A program made the translations under genes and the position numbers. Shown here piece by piece: positions 12,559-42,644 of a stretch of 64,000 bases of DNA (the first letter of the stretch is position 1; each line of letters opens with the position of its first letter). This stretch comes from the human T2T-CHM13v2.0 reference genome, Homo sapiens: the NCBI RefSeq assembly GCF_009914755.1, contig NC_060926.1, one strand, 5' to 3'. Below the pieces are notes generated by a model. It did no database searches. It was given only the letters and a program-made list of their open reading frames with translations, and was not told where the DNA came from.

Positions 12559-13727
12559 TTACTGTTGAGCCAAGCATAGATAACTGCTTGAAAGACAGTG
12601 CATGTTATACTGTATAATTCCTAATAAACCTCAATAAACTTTTTTTTTTCCAATAAACTTTTTTTGACTCTGAATACAAAGTCTAAGTCAGGTTTTGTGG
12701 CTCATGCCGGTAATCTCTGCACTTTGGGAGGTTGAGGTGGGAGGATATCTTGAGGCCAGGACTTTGAGACCAGCCTGGGCAACAGAACCAGACCCCCATC
12801 TCTACCAACAAAACAAAACAAAGTCTATAGTTGTACTAAAGAAATTTCTAAGCAAGTAATAGTAAACAGAAGCAGTTTTAAAATTTATAACCAATTGCTT
12901 TCAAATCCTGATTCACAGACATGCTTGTCTTGCAGACAGGTGTTCAATAAGCTAATTACATACTGTTTATTCCTATGAAAGCAGGGCCAGTACAAGGCCA
13001 GGCTTTGTTAATCTGGTTACCATGAAAAAATAATAGTACTGTATACTATTTCCATAGACTATTCTACTTTCTACTGAACACTCTTTCTCTAAGAACAGGC
13101 AACCAATTCTTTTCACTAAATGTCAGTCCAAATCAGGGAGATTTTACTGTGCAGAGAACTTTTATTCCTGCTGATTCTTGTTGAAATCACATTCACCCAC
13201 ATAAGTTTCTGCCTCTAGAAATCTGTTAAATTTAGATTACATTCTCAGATTGTTTGAATATGAAAACTACTTTCTTCAAATATTGTAATATTTCCTAATA
13301 TGAAATATTAGTTATTAACATGTTACTATTGTTAAATTTTAAAAATATTATTAGTTTAGGAAAGGGGAGTAATTCATAAGCCTTTTACAGCAGTTTTCAA
13401 AATGTATCTGCATTTTCTACATTTGGTATTTCCAGATAAATATTAAAGAAAAAGTTCCCTTTTTAATCGTACTTCTCTCACCATTTCAGTTTCACTTTTA
13501 AGTCATTATCACCATTTGAGCTTGGATGTGAAAACGTTAAAACAAGAAAGGAAAAAAAATTTAAATGTTTTGCACATTAGTCTATTTTGTTTGTTTTTTT
13601 GTTTTTAAGGCAGGGCAAGAAGTGGGCAGACCTCAGACTCCGCCTCCTGGACCCCAACTTCCCCCTCTGCCACACCAATATTCTATTTTTAATATAAATA
13701 AGTAGTCTATGCTAAAAAATACTAGTC

Positions 13728-14028
13728 TTTTTTTTTTTTTAATTTTATTTTTTGAGACAGAGTCTTGCTCTGTCGCCCAGGCTGGAGTGCAGTGGCACGA
13801 TCTTGGCTCACTACAACCTCTGCCTCCCAGGTTCAAGTGATTCTTGTGCCCCAGCCTCCAAAGTATTATAGGCATGAGCCACCATGCCCAGCTAATCTTT
13901 GTAATATTAGTAGAGACGGGGTCTCGCCATCTTGGCCAGGCCGGTCTCGAACTCCCGACCTAAAGTGATCCACCCAACTTGGCATCCCAAAGTGCTGGGA
14001 TTACAGGTGTGAGCCACCATGCCTGGCC
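13728..14028 (-). mobile_element. Diverged Alu immediately 3' of the SVA (probable transduced sequence)
   Basis: Alu dimer with A-tail, lying inside the TSD pair 13717-13730 / 15566-15579. Confidence 0.85.
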
Positions 14029-14040
14029 TATAGTCTATTC

Positions 14041-15565
14041 TTTTTTTTTTTTTTTTTTAATTGATCATTCTTGGGTGTTTCTCACAGAGGGGCATTTGGC
14101 AGGGTCATAGGACAATAGTGGAGGGAAGGTCAGCAGATAAACAAGTGAACAAAGGTCTCTGGTTTTCCTAGGCAGAGGACCCTGCGGCCCTCCGCAGTGT
14201 TTGTGTCCCTGGGTACTTGAGATTAGGGAGTGGTGATGACTCTTAACGAGCATGCTGCCTTCAAGCATCTGTTTAACAAAGCACATCTTGCACCGCCCTT
14301 AATCCATTTAACCCTGAGTGGACACAGCACATGTTTCAGAGAGCACAGGGTTGGGGGTAAGGTCATAGATCAACAGGATCCCAAGGCAGAAGAATTTTTC
14401 TTAGTACAGAACAAAATGAAAAGTCTCCCATGTCTACTTCTTTCTACACAGACACAGCAACCATCCGATTTCTCAATCTTTTCCCTACCTTTCCCCCTTT
14501 TCTATTCCACAAAACCGCCATTGTCATCATGGCCCGTTCTCAATGAGCTGTTGGGTACACCTCCCAGACGGGGTGGTGGCCGGGCAGAGGGGCTCCTCAC
14601 TTCCCAGTAGGGGCGGCCAGGCAGAGGCGCCCCTCACCTCCCGGACGGGGCGGCTGGCCGGGCGGGGGGCTGACCCCCCCCACCTCCCTCCTGGACGGGG
14701 CGGCTGGCCGGGCGGGGGCTGACCCCCTACCTCCCTCCCGGATGGGGCGGCTGGCCTGGCGGGGGCTGACCCCCACCTCCTTCCCGGACGGGGTGGCTGC
14801 CGGGCGGAGACGCTCCTCACTTCCCAGACGGGGCGGCTGCCGGGCGGAGGGGCTCCTCACTTCTCAGACGGGGCGGCCGGGCAGCGACGCTCCTCACCTC
14901 CCAGAAGGGGCAGCGGGACAGAGGCGCTCCCCACATCTCAGACGATGGGCGGCCGGGCAGAGACGCTCCTCACTTCCTAGATGGGATGGCGGCCGGGCAG
15001 AGACGCTCCTCACTTTCCAGACTGGGCAGCCAGGCAGAGGGGCTCCTCACATCCCAGACGATGGGCACCCAGGCAGAAACGCTCCTCACTTCCCAGACGG
15101 GGTGGCGGCCGGGCAGAGGCTGCAATCTCGGCACTTTGGGAGGCCAAGGCAGGCGGCTGGGAGGTGGAGGTTGTAGCGAGCCGAGATCACTCCTGGGCAC
15201 CATTGAGCACTGAGTGAACGAGACTCCGTCTGCAATCCCAGCACCTCAGGAGGCCGAGGCTGGCGGATCATTCGCGGTTAGGAGCTGGAGACCAGCCGGG
15301 CCAACACAGTGAAACCCCGTCTCCACCAAAAAAATACGAAAACCAGTCAGGCGTGGCGGCGCACGCCTGCAGTCGCAGGCACTGGGCAGGCTGAGGCAGG
15401 AGAATCAGGCAGGGAGGTTGCAGTGAGCCGAGATGGCAGCAGTACAGTCCAGCTTCGGCTCGGCATTAGAGGGAGACCGTGGAAAGAGAGGGAGAGGGAG
15501 ACCGTGGGGAGAGGAAGAGGGAGAGGGGGAGGGGGAGGGGGGGAGGGAGAGGGAGAGGGAGAGCC
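14041..15565 (-). mobile_element. Full-length SVA retrotransposon
   Basis: On the minus strand: (CCCTCT)n hexamer at about 15490-15562, Alu-like region, GC-rich VNTR at about 14560-15120, SINE-R, poly(A) at 14041-14058. Confidence 0.97.
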
Positions 15566-15992
15566 AAATACTAGTCTTTAATATATATTTATGTATGTGC
15601 TGTGTATGTGTGTACTGTAGGTCAAGCCAAACGGCTATGTTCAGTTTTTCTTTTTCAACATTTCATGATTTTCTGTTTCCTCTAGAATGCTGTTAGGACA
15701 TTCTGGGAAGGAAGAGGCATGTTCATAATTCTTTCATACTGTATTAAGAAATTAATTTCTCATTAGCCAAGTACAGGAGAACCATCAGTACTAAAAGATG
15801 AGAGGCTAGAGACAGCAATAGTTAAAGAACTGCAGTGCTTTGACCAACTTCAAGAGTGAAACTAGGAAAAGGAATAACGTGATGTAGGAATGCCCCACTG
15901 ATACAAATATTACCTAAATGGATGGTTTAGGTGTGTAAAACAATCTAGGTAATGGTGAGGTTTTCTGAGGAATGTTACATTGTATTATGAAA

Positions 15993-21992
<6,000 letters not shown>

Positions 21993-22297
21993 TAAATTTA
22001 GAAATTTTTTAAAAAGCATGTTTTGTTTAGTACATTCCAAATGATTTGAACTTTTCAGAAATGCATCTTCTGGGTAACTACAATTTTTTTTGTTCCCCAA
22101 TTGTCTGACATAGATGATAATATCCTAATGCTGCACCTTACAGCTGGTTGTTTGCCTCTATTTTAACAGCAACACCTCAGACTGAGCTTTGTGTGGAGGA
22201 AGTGACCTCAATCAGGAGATGAGGAGCTACCCTCATTACAACCACGTCACTCCACTTCCACTTCAGATATTTCTCATCTGTAAGTGGGGAAACAAAT

Positions 22298-24021
22298 ATG
22301 TCACTTACTCTAAATAAAATAAAAAGTAATCAGGAGGACGAGTTTGAAGATGCCTGTGAAAGTATCCCTATGGCAACAACAATGAATCTACCATCTTCCT
22401 TGGAAGAATGTACCATTGGATTGTATTTATTTCTAAATAACAGATTCTCAGATGCAATAAATCTCATTCATCCATGGTCTAAAAACAGCATGTACCATTC
22501 CCTAATGTATGGTATCCTTATGGTTGTCAAGGCCGTCCTGACTTTTGAGCCACAGGATTTACAGATTGGAATGATGGCTGCAAAGGACGCTTTGAAAACC
22601 TGTGGTAATTTCTGAAAAAAAACTAAAATGACATTGTCTCATCTAGTAAGTAGACAGGGAATAACAGCTATCACAGAAGAGGAATTGCACACAGAAGTCT
22701 GTTATGCTGAGTGTTTGATCTTGAAATCCTTTACGTCATGTATACAGGATGAAAGCATGCTTGCTTTTCTTAAAAGAGAGATCGGTGTTGGGTTAAGTTA
22801 CCAAATATACAAAGACTGTCAACAAGTATTAACACAGATACTTGACAACCAAAGCAAAGCCCACAAACACCTGGTTGGAGGTATAAAATTTGGACTTGGA
22901 GCATTCAATCTGATGTTATCACTTATGCCACCAAGGATACTTAAACTACTCAATATTTTTGGATATTCTGGTGATAGAGAAGTGGGCTTGGCTTTGCTTC
23001 ATGAGAGTGCATCTGAAACCCATATAAATAATATCTTAAGTCTTTTGACTCTACTCTTTTATTACAATTATATCTATGTAGCTTTTGGTGTTGAAAAGGT
23101 TTACAATTCTGCTACAGAGGATCTCTTCCTAGTCTACCTCAAGAAATTTCCGAACTGTGTCATATTTAAATTTTTCCATGCACGTTCTAGTATGTTGAAA
23201 GGAGATTTTGAAAATGCACAGCTAAAATTACAGGAGTGCATTTTTACTCAGAGTGAATGGAAGCAGGTTCATCACCTCTGTTACTGGGAATTCATGTGGT
23301 GCCACATTTTACTGCAGGATTGGAGGCAGGCTTACCACTATGCCAATCTACTGTCTCAACACAGCAGATGGTCCAAGGCAATATACATGTACAGTAAAGC
23401 CATCATCCTGGCTTTGCTTCCTTCCGATTTTGTGAAATCAGCAAGTGAGAATATGAACTCTCTCTTCTTAAAAGTGGAAAGCCTGAAAAGTAATTTTTAG
23501 GCAGTTCTGTGCCAATAGAGAAGTTTGTTGCAGAGAAGGGTCAGCGCTATGGTACTACAATCGGCTGGTTTACAGCCCAGCCCCTTCTGGAGTTCATTTA
23601 TGCCTGGAGTGGTTTCCGAGTCATGAGCAAAAAGAATGAGCTTATTTCAAGCTGGCTATCAATAATTGACAAAGGAGAAGATCTTTTACAAGAAAATCCA
23701 CATAAAGAGTATGGCACAGATGACATAAGTTTATTAAATTTACTGAAAGGCCTATGCCTGAAACACTTAGGCAAATATTCAAAGGCTGAGTATTACTTTA
23801 ATCGTGTCATTCAAAAGGAGAAATTATTAAAATATGACCACTATTTGGTGCCATATACTTACTATGAACTGGGAATCTTGCACTATCTAAAAGGAGACTA
23901 TGCCAGAGCAACAAAAAACCTAGACAATGTAAGAAATTACAAAGACTATTCCATGGAAGCCCGATTACACTTTAGGACCCACATAGCACTTGAACAAATA
24001 GCCAAAGAAAAAATGACTTAA
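22298..24021 (+). pseudogene. TTC39DP: Intronless TTC39-family (TTC39D) pseudogene
   Basis: Three consecutive ORFs with TTC39 motifs (FLNNRFSDA, HTEVCYAEC, HHLCYWE, YDHYLVP, YSMEARLHFR); in-frame TGA at 22613-22615; frameshift at about 23492-23494. Confidence 0.92.
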
Positions 24022-24420
24022 ACACAAAGTGTGGTTTTGTTTAGTGTAAGTGAAATATCTACAGTGAGCAAGTCATTAACAGGTAGTAGAAAAATCATAT
24101 CTTTGTGGGAAAAAATCCAAGAGGCGGCTGCCAAGAATCTGATCAGTAACGAGAAAGGAATGGGCCATGACTTTTCCCTCTTTCTTTCTCACACTTATAA
24201 AATGCGATGTCTTAGAGGCAAATGAGGTGAAGCACATTCTTGAAAAAGAAAAGGCAAATGAAGTACATTTAAAAAAATTCTCTCCTATGTTATAAATTTG
24301 TCAATTATGTTAGAGAACATTTTCAAAACCTCAAAAACATTTTTAACATCTCACTAGATAATGTATACAACTCACTATGCTAGGGATCCCAGTGCCCTAT
24401 ACATATTTTTATTTAATTGT

Positions 24421-24840
24421 TTTTCTCTCGGCATTAGTGCCGTCTTCTTGGAAACCTCTATGCCATGAGAACCAAGTGGAGGAAGACGTGAATGCACAGG
24501 CTGAAGTGCAAAGGAAGAAAGATGAGGCAGACGTCCAAGTCAACCAGTAGCTTGTGTACCCAGAAACATGGAATGCCAGAGGCTGGAGATGCTGGTACAA
24601 GTTGTTGGACTGCATGCTGCTGTCTAAGTGGATCTAGAGCTTCCATCACCATCTGATCACGGAAAGCACCTCTGAGACCCACCTTGCTTGTAACCAAAAC
24701 AGCCCATGATGGTTCTTTGCCCTGGACCTGTTACATTCTGGACTATTTCTGTGTTCACTTGTGGCTGAGCATAAAAAACAAGCATGCAATAAATCACCTC
24801 TTCCGCTGTCTTAGCGAAGAATTAAAAAATTAAAAAAAAA
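24421..24840 (+). pseudogene. RPL41 processed pseudogene
   Basis: Pyrimidine-rich 5' end. From ATG 24465 it reads MRTKWRKT*MHRLKCKGRKMRQTSK, against RPL41 [31 protein letters not shown] at 24788-24793; A-tail at about 24821-24840. Confidence 0.93.
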
Positions 24841-25373
24841 GACAAATTTCCAAACAATGATGCACTGAATGGCACAGACTCTGAATGATTTTCCCTTATA
24901 CACAATCATTTTTATTGGCTTTTTATACCAGAGGGTCTTGTCCGCCCTGTGTGATCAGTAGTATTTCTTACCCTTTTTTAGTAAGAAGCAGAATGTGAGT
25001 TTATAATTTGCCACAGGATAGAGAAGAAAGCCCTCTCCTTATTTTACACACACATAAATTCTTTGAAGATAACTGGGAGAGGCCAAGAGGATAGATGCAC
25101 TGGCTGTCAGAGGAAGAGTTTTGTTACCATGTAACCCTCCCTTTAGTTGTCCTCCCTATGGTGTAATTCTTAATAAGACCAGCTCTTCAATATAATTAAA
25201 CCGATTGCATCCATCCATTGTGAGTGGGTCAATCTGAGAGTAAATAGTAGCTGTAGGGATGGGGCTTGGTATTATTTTACTTGCCTTAGGGATTGAAAAA
25301 TGACCTAATTTCCTGGTCATTAAGTCTGGCTAAGTGTGTCTTCCTGGTAGTCACCCTTTGAAACAGAAGTTGC

Positions 25374-25808
<435 letters not shown>

Positions 25809-25894
25809 TTACTTTTAAAAACATTTTCCTCGTAAATTAAAAATAGACTTTGAAGTGAATAATTGTGCTTGAGTTATTCTTTGTTATTTAATTA

Positions 25895-26080
25895 GTATGG
25901 TTATAGTGGTTAAGAGGGCAGGTTCTGGCCTGATTACCTGAATTTGTATCCTAGTTCTGCCACTAACTAGCTGTGTGTGGCCTTGGGCCTCTGTATCTCA
26001 GATTCCTTGGCTATAGAATAGGGATAATAATAGTATCTGTCTTGTGGTTTTGCTATGTTAAGATCGAGCTAATAAACATT
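25895..26080 (+). mobile_element. MIR
   Basis: atagtggttaagag…ctgccactaactagctgtgtg…gggataataatagta core. Confidence 0.75.
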
Positions 26081-26421
26081 TATTATTATCATTACTACTA
26101 CTACTACTACTACTACTACATTGTTCTGCAGTGGAGGGAACTTTCTTTGAAAAAGCAAAGGTCCTGTTGTTACTTGCTTTGGCAATCTGAAATTTGACCT
26201 GTTAATTTACTTTTTCTGTTCTGTTTATTTTGGTTACTTATGAAACAAGAAACTCTCTGCCTAAATAATGTTTTTGTGTTTTGTAAAGTATTTCAACTTC
26301 TTCCAATGAAGAGCACATTTATTAATTGGTTAAAGAAATATGTATTGAATGCCCACTGTATGCAGGTACTGAACAGTGCTGAGGATATGAAGTATGGTTT
26401 CTCTCCTGACGGCCTTATTAG

Positions 26422-26514
<93 letters not shown>

Positions 26515-26799
26515 TGAGGTCAAGAGTTTGAGACCAGCCTGGCCAACATGGCGAAACTCCATCTCTACTAAAAATACAAAAATTAGCCGGGCATGGTGGT
26601 GCTCGCCTGTAATCCCAGTTACTGGGGACACAGAGGCATGAGAATCACTTGAACCAGCAAAGCGGAGGTTGCAGTGAGCCAAGATTGCACCACTGCACTC
26701 CAGCCTGGGCGACAGAGTGAGACCCTGTCTCAAAGAAAAGCAAAGAAAAGGGTTTCGTTTGGGTGGAAACGCTCAAAACACAGGGATTAGACAGGCATT

Positions 26800-27200
26800 A
26801 ATTTGTCCCAAACAAAAGAAATCTGAAGGTAGGTAGTTCAGGTGTGATAGTTCATGGCTTTTCTGATTTTTCTTTTATCTTTCTACTTAGCATGTAAGTC
26901 TTCTCATGAATGTCTCCTCATGATGGAAAGAGGCTGCCTCACCTCCAGGCCTTATGTCCAAGCCAGGCAGGCTGAAGGAAGAATGGTAAAGAGACAAAAA
27001 GATCTTTCTCCTTCCTAGGAGGTATTGCCTTTTTTATTCCAGAAGGGATGGCCTTCTTAGAGACTTCCATGTGTATCTCATTGGCTAGAGGTATTCATAT
27101 GGCCAGTCCTACCTGCAAGCGAAACTGAAGATTTTCAGCTTTGAAGCCTCATAAGAAGGCTGTGGGAAATGGTTAAGTGAACCAAGCTACATTCAGCAGC
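26800..27200 (-). mobile_element. Old MLT1-type (MaLR) LTR fragment
   Basis: agacttcc…tctcattggctagag…catatggcc motifs. Confidence 0.45.
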
Positions 27201-27334
27201 TGCCAAAACATATCTGTCAATAATAATAAGCTACCAAGTGGTATCAAGGGACACAGTTAAAAAGGGTAGTAGGTCGGGCGCAGTGGCTTACATCTGTAAT
27301 CCCAGCACTTTCGGAGGCCTAGGCAGCTGGATCA

Positions 27335-29575
<2,241 letters not shown>

Positions 29576-29706
29576 AACACTGAGCTACAGCATTTAGACA
29601 GGTACTTTAAAACCAAATTATAACATGACTGAACTATATACAACTATGAATGCACCAGCTCATTTGGCTGTTCAGTCTAACTCTAGAGCACATGCTTTCA
29701 GATTAA

Positions 29707-30980
<1,274 letters not shown>

Positions 30981-31072
30981 ACATTAGAGTTAGATGAGGA
31001 CTTGCTTTAGTTCTATAACTAAAAGGTCTTTTCTCACAACAAAGCAAAGACCTTCTGCAAAGATGAATTTAA

Positions 31073-34879
<3,807 letters not shown>

Positions 34880-35469
34880 TCACACTGTGATAACAATTGG
34901 CACTTATATGAGCTCTTAGTAGATTTACAGAGGGCTTTAACCAGCAAAATCTAAGAATCCACTAAAACTACATTAATATAATCAGCCAATCATGCAACGA
35001 ATAAAGGCTATGGGAAAGATTCAAATGATGACAATAAGAAAATATACTTTGAAGATTATATGGAACCTAAATCTCAAGGAGTAAGGAAAAAGCTGATACA
35101 TTTTTGATGTTTTCTACACCTTTGTTTAATAGTGTTTTCATTTGGTTTTTGTAAATCTCCCTTGGTTTTTACATTTCCAGGAATTCAGCGTTTACCACCT
35201 TGTACCGTTTTTCAGTCCTAAAAAAGATTCTGGATCATGCCAGAAGCCAGTTAAGTGCGTGACCAGAAATCCGTAGCAGAAGCAAGTCTTTTGCACTTTT
35301 CCACTGGAGGGGTTTATAGAGAGTGATCTGCTAGACAAAATTCAACCCGGTTTGGTTCATTTCTTTCCAGCTTCTGCACCTTTCTCAAGATTGTACTGAG
35401 GGCACATCCCAAAGGAGCAGGCATTTTAATTGCCTATACAAGCCAAGCAAACAAGAAATACCTTGGCCG

Positions 35470-36293
<824 letters not shown>

Positions 36294-36468
36294 ACCCTAT
36301 CGCTCTTCTCCACGGCACGTTCACCTCACATTCCTAGAGCTTTAGGATTTACTCTGAGGGTTCATGTGCTTTGATTCTAAGGCGAAAGTGCATTTCCAAG
36401 TCTACTATCATTGAGGACCTGGCACGAGCTTTTTCCTCTTTATTTATTTTTATTTTTAATTTTTTTGA

Positions 36469-36629
<161 letters not shown>

Positions 36630-36889
36630 TAGTAGAGACGGGGTTTCACCATGTTGGCCAGGCTGGTCTCGAACTCCTGACCGGTTTCGAACTCCTGATC
36701 CACCCGCCTCGGTATCCCAAAGTGCTGGGATTACAGGCGTGAGCCACCGCGCCCGGCCGCTTTTTCCTCTTTAAAGAAAAAAAGATTATTTGAACTGTCC
36801 GTCGTGGCAATGGAGAGGGATAGCCTTAGAGGACATGGCGGTTCATTATTATTATTATTATTACAGAACAATCTTAGACTCTGTCCGCA

Positions 36890-37068
36890 CCCTGCACTCT
36901 AGGTCCCGCGACTCTCAGACCTCCAAGTAGGACTACAAAACAGAGGTTTCTGGGGGAAGGAAGTGACGATCGGCGCAAAGCATGCTGGTCTCAGGCGGTC
37001 TCCGCTCAACGATCCTTCCTCAAAGCATGGTTGCTGAGTACCCAGAGTTGCGAGGAGTTTTTTAACTG
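36890..37068 (+). promoter_or_regulatory. GEMIN6: GEMIN6 promoter and non-coding exon 1
   Basis: CpG-enriched; GGAAGTGACG ETS/CRE composite at 36959-36968; GACTACA motif at 36931; candidate donor CTG|gtattt at 37068. Confidence 0.7.
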
Positions 37069-37777
37069 GTATTTTTCTCGTTTGTCAGGGTTAAACGTTA
37101 AGTACCATTTGGTTTTTAGTACAGTGTTAGGTATCGTGTGGCTGCAGGACAGGACCAGAAATCTAAGCTCTAGAGCTGTAGCCGCTGGCCCTTCGTTTGT
37201 GCATCCTTCAAACAAATTTTAAGGGGCAGTTGTCATAAATCGGGGGAGCCTCTCGATGGCGGGATCCAGCGGAGACACAGAGCCAGAGAGCGCGTGGGTG
37301 GATATCAGGAGAGTTTTCTGGTTCAGTTGAGGAGTGGGGTGAACTCCTTTGATCGATGGAAGGAAAAGCAGAGTTGAAGGGTTTGAGCATCATCTGCAGG
37401 CCAGAGTGAAAGCGATTTGGAATGTGGTTGTGGATCGGAATAGACCTGTGCCAGATGAATTTCCTCAGACTGCACCCGCGGCAAATCGGTGACCCCTCTG
37501 CTTTAGGCCGAATTGTACATATTAACTATTTTCCTTTTCCTGATAAAAATTCTCAAGCAGCCTTTACACGTGTTCTTTTCCCCAACTATAGTATCAGTTC
37601 CTATCAGTACATGCATTAATACTTAATTGTATTAAGTTACTTATTACGAACTTGAGGCAAATCACAGATGTTCTCTGTCTCTAGGATAGGATGGAGATTA
37701 GGGATAAGACATTTGCTTACGTGGAACATATATTAACCAGCACTGGTGGTTGTTTCAGATTTAGCCAGGTGGCAATC

Positions 37778-37905
37778 ATGAGTGAATGGATGAAGAAAGG
37801 CCCCTTAGAATGGCAAGATTACATTTACAAAGAGGTCCGAGTGACAGCCAGTGAGAAGAATGAGTATAAAGGATGGGTTTTAACTACAGACCCAGTCTCT
37901 GCCAA
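37778..37905 (+). CDS. GEMIN6: GEMIN6 first coding exon (exon begins at 37759)
   Basis: MSEWMKKGPLEWQDYIYKEVRVTAS…DPVSA (Sm-like fold); donor AA|gtgag; 128 nt. Confidence 0.97.
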
Positions 37906-38024
37906 GTGAGTATGCATCCTACTTGCCTGAAATCTTGACACCCCTTTGTGCTGCCTGTATGTTATAGACAAACTAAGAAAGCAGATAAATGAAAAGCTAA
38001 TTATTAATATTTTCATATAAGAAT

Positions 38025-40061
<2,037 letters not shown>

Positions 40062-40311
40062 TACCCTGCCTTCTTTTCTAATACACATTTAAGGCATTCA
40101 TAACTTGTTTAATCCTTTAACTGTATCCCACAATGATTGGCTGTAGGCTGGGCAAAAAGTTTACCTATTTAGGATCCTTAGTGAATGTTTGTTGAATAAA
40201 TGGAAGCATTCATTGGTGACAGGATTAATTTCAAACAGAGTAGAGTGTCATCTATTATTTTAGTGACCTACTTGGGTTGATGATGCCTCTAAACTTACTT
40301 TTCCTCCAAAG

Positions 40312-40687
40312 TATTGTCCTTGTGAACTTCCTTGAAGATGGCAGCATGTCTGTGACCGGAATTATGGGACATGCTGTGCAGACTGTTGAAACTATGAATG
40401 AAGGGGACCATAGAGTGAGGGAGAAGCTGATGCATTTGTTCACGTCTGGAGACTGCAAAGCATACAGCCCAGAGGATCTGGAAGAGAGAAAGAACAGCCT
40501 AAAGAAATGGCTTGAGAAGAACCACATCCCCATCACTGAACAGGGAGACGCTCCAAGGACTCTCTGTGTGGCTGGGGTCCTGACTATAGACCCACCATAT
40601 GGTCCAGAAAATTGCAGCAGCTCTAATGAGATTATTCTGTCGCGTGTTCAGGATCTTATTGAAGGACATCTTACAGCTTCCCAATGA
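40312..40687 (+). CDS. GEMIN6: GEMIN6 last coding exon
   Basis: aaag| acceptor; NIVLVNFLEDG…HLTASQ*; total CDS 504 nt (167 aa). Confidence 0.97.
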
Positions 40688-40882
40688 GAGGCCAGGAAGT
40701 GTGAACATACTGATAGAAAAAGACTATATTTTATCCCTCATAAAATGTTTTAAATGTAAATGTACATGACTGTGTGTGTGTATGTGTGTGTGTGTATAAT
40801 TCTTTGTTGTTTTGGTAAAATCAGAGGAGTGGGTTATAAGTGCTAATTTCCTTGGGAAATTAATGAACTAGGGCAAGTATAG

Positions 40883-41182
<300 letters not shown>

Positions 41183-41402
41183 TAGGCAAGAAAAGCATTT
41201 GGAAAAAAATGTAACATGTTAGATTCAATATAAAATATTATGGTAAGATCATGGTCTTGTTAAGTCTCTTCACTAACTGTATGTGTCTGTTTTTAAAAGA
41301 TGTGTCTTGGTGGGGCGCGGTGGCTCACGCCTGTAATCCCAGCACTTTGGGAGGCCGAGGCAGGTGGATCATGAGGTCAGGAGATCGAGACCATCCTGGC
41401 TA

Positions 41403-41624
<222 letters not shown>

Positions 41625-41682
41625 TTACCTATTGAATTACAGTTTTCTGGTTTTTTTGTGGAGTTTTTGTTTTGGTTTTTGA

Positions 41683-41787
<105 letters not shown>

Positions 41788-42644
41788 TGAGTAGCTGGTA
41801 TTACAGGCATGCACCATCACGCCCCACTAATTTTGTATTTTTTTAGTAGAGACGGGGTTTTTCCATGTTGGTCAGGCTGGTCTCAAACTCCCGACCTCAG
41901 GTGATCCGCCCGCCTCGGCCTCCCAAAGTTCTGGGATTACAGGTGTGAGCCACCGTGCCCGGCTGTTTTTTGTGGGTTTTTTGTTTGTTTGTTTGTTTTT
42001 GAGACAGAGTCTTGCTCTGTCACTCAGGCTGGAGTGCAGTGGCACAATCTCGGCTCACTGCAACCTCTGCCTCCTGAGTTCAAGCCATTCTCCTGCCTCA
42101 GCCCCCTCAGTAGCTGGGATTACCAGGCACATAGCACCATGCCCAGCTAATGTTTGTATTTTTAGTAGAGACAGGGTTTCACCATGTTGACCAGGCTGGT
42201 CTTGAACTCCTGACCTCATGATCTGCCTGCCGTGGCCTCCCAAAGTGCTGGGATTATAGGCATGAGAGCCTCCGTGCCTGGCTTTTTTTTTTTTTTTTTT
42301 AAAAGAGGGTCTTGATATGTTGCCCAGGCTTGTCTTCAACTCCTGGGTTCAAGTGATCCTTCCACCTTGGCCTCCCAAAGTGCTGGGAATATAGGTGTGA
42401 GCTGCCATGTCCAGCTGTAAGAAATATTTTAAAATATTTAAGCTTCAGGGCCTTTGAATACAGGCCCTGATAACATAGCTATTTTCCTGCATAGTTGTCT
42501 AATAACAAGATGGTATAGCCCAGTGCTTCTTGCACTTTAGCAAGCATCAGAATCAGCAAATATTTAGGTTTCAGGGCCTTTGAATACAGTCTGATAACAC
42601 AGCTATTTTCCTGCATAGTTGTCTAATAACAAGATGGTATAGTC

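Noticed and set aside
14560-15120. Regularly repeated GC-rich units resembling an array
   Set aside because: This is the SVA VNTR. There are no unique spacers, so it is not CRISPR, and no rRNA or tRNA genes were seen in the window.
13717-15579. Membership in the MAST2-SVA_F1 group, known for Alu-containing transductions
   Set aside because: This element has an intact (CCCTCT)n 5' end and no MAST2-like leader.
14065-15696. Many 60-144-aa ORFs
   Set aside because: All derive from SVA SINE-R, VNTR, Alu-like or hexamer sequence.
37691-37777. Apparent GEMIN6 N-terminal extension from ATG 37691
   Set aside because: The ATG is intronic; a clear acceptor sits at 37757-37758.
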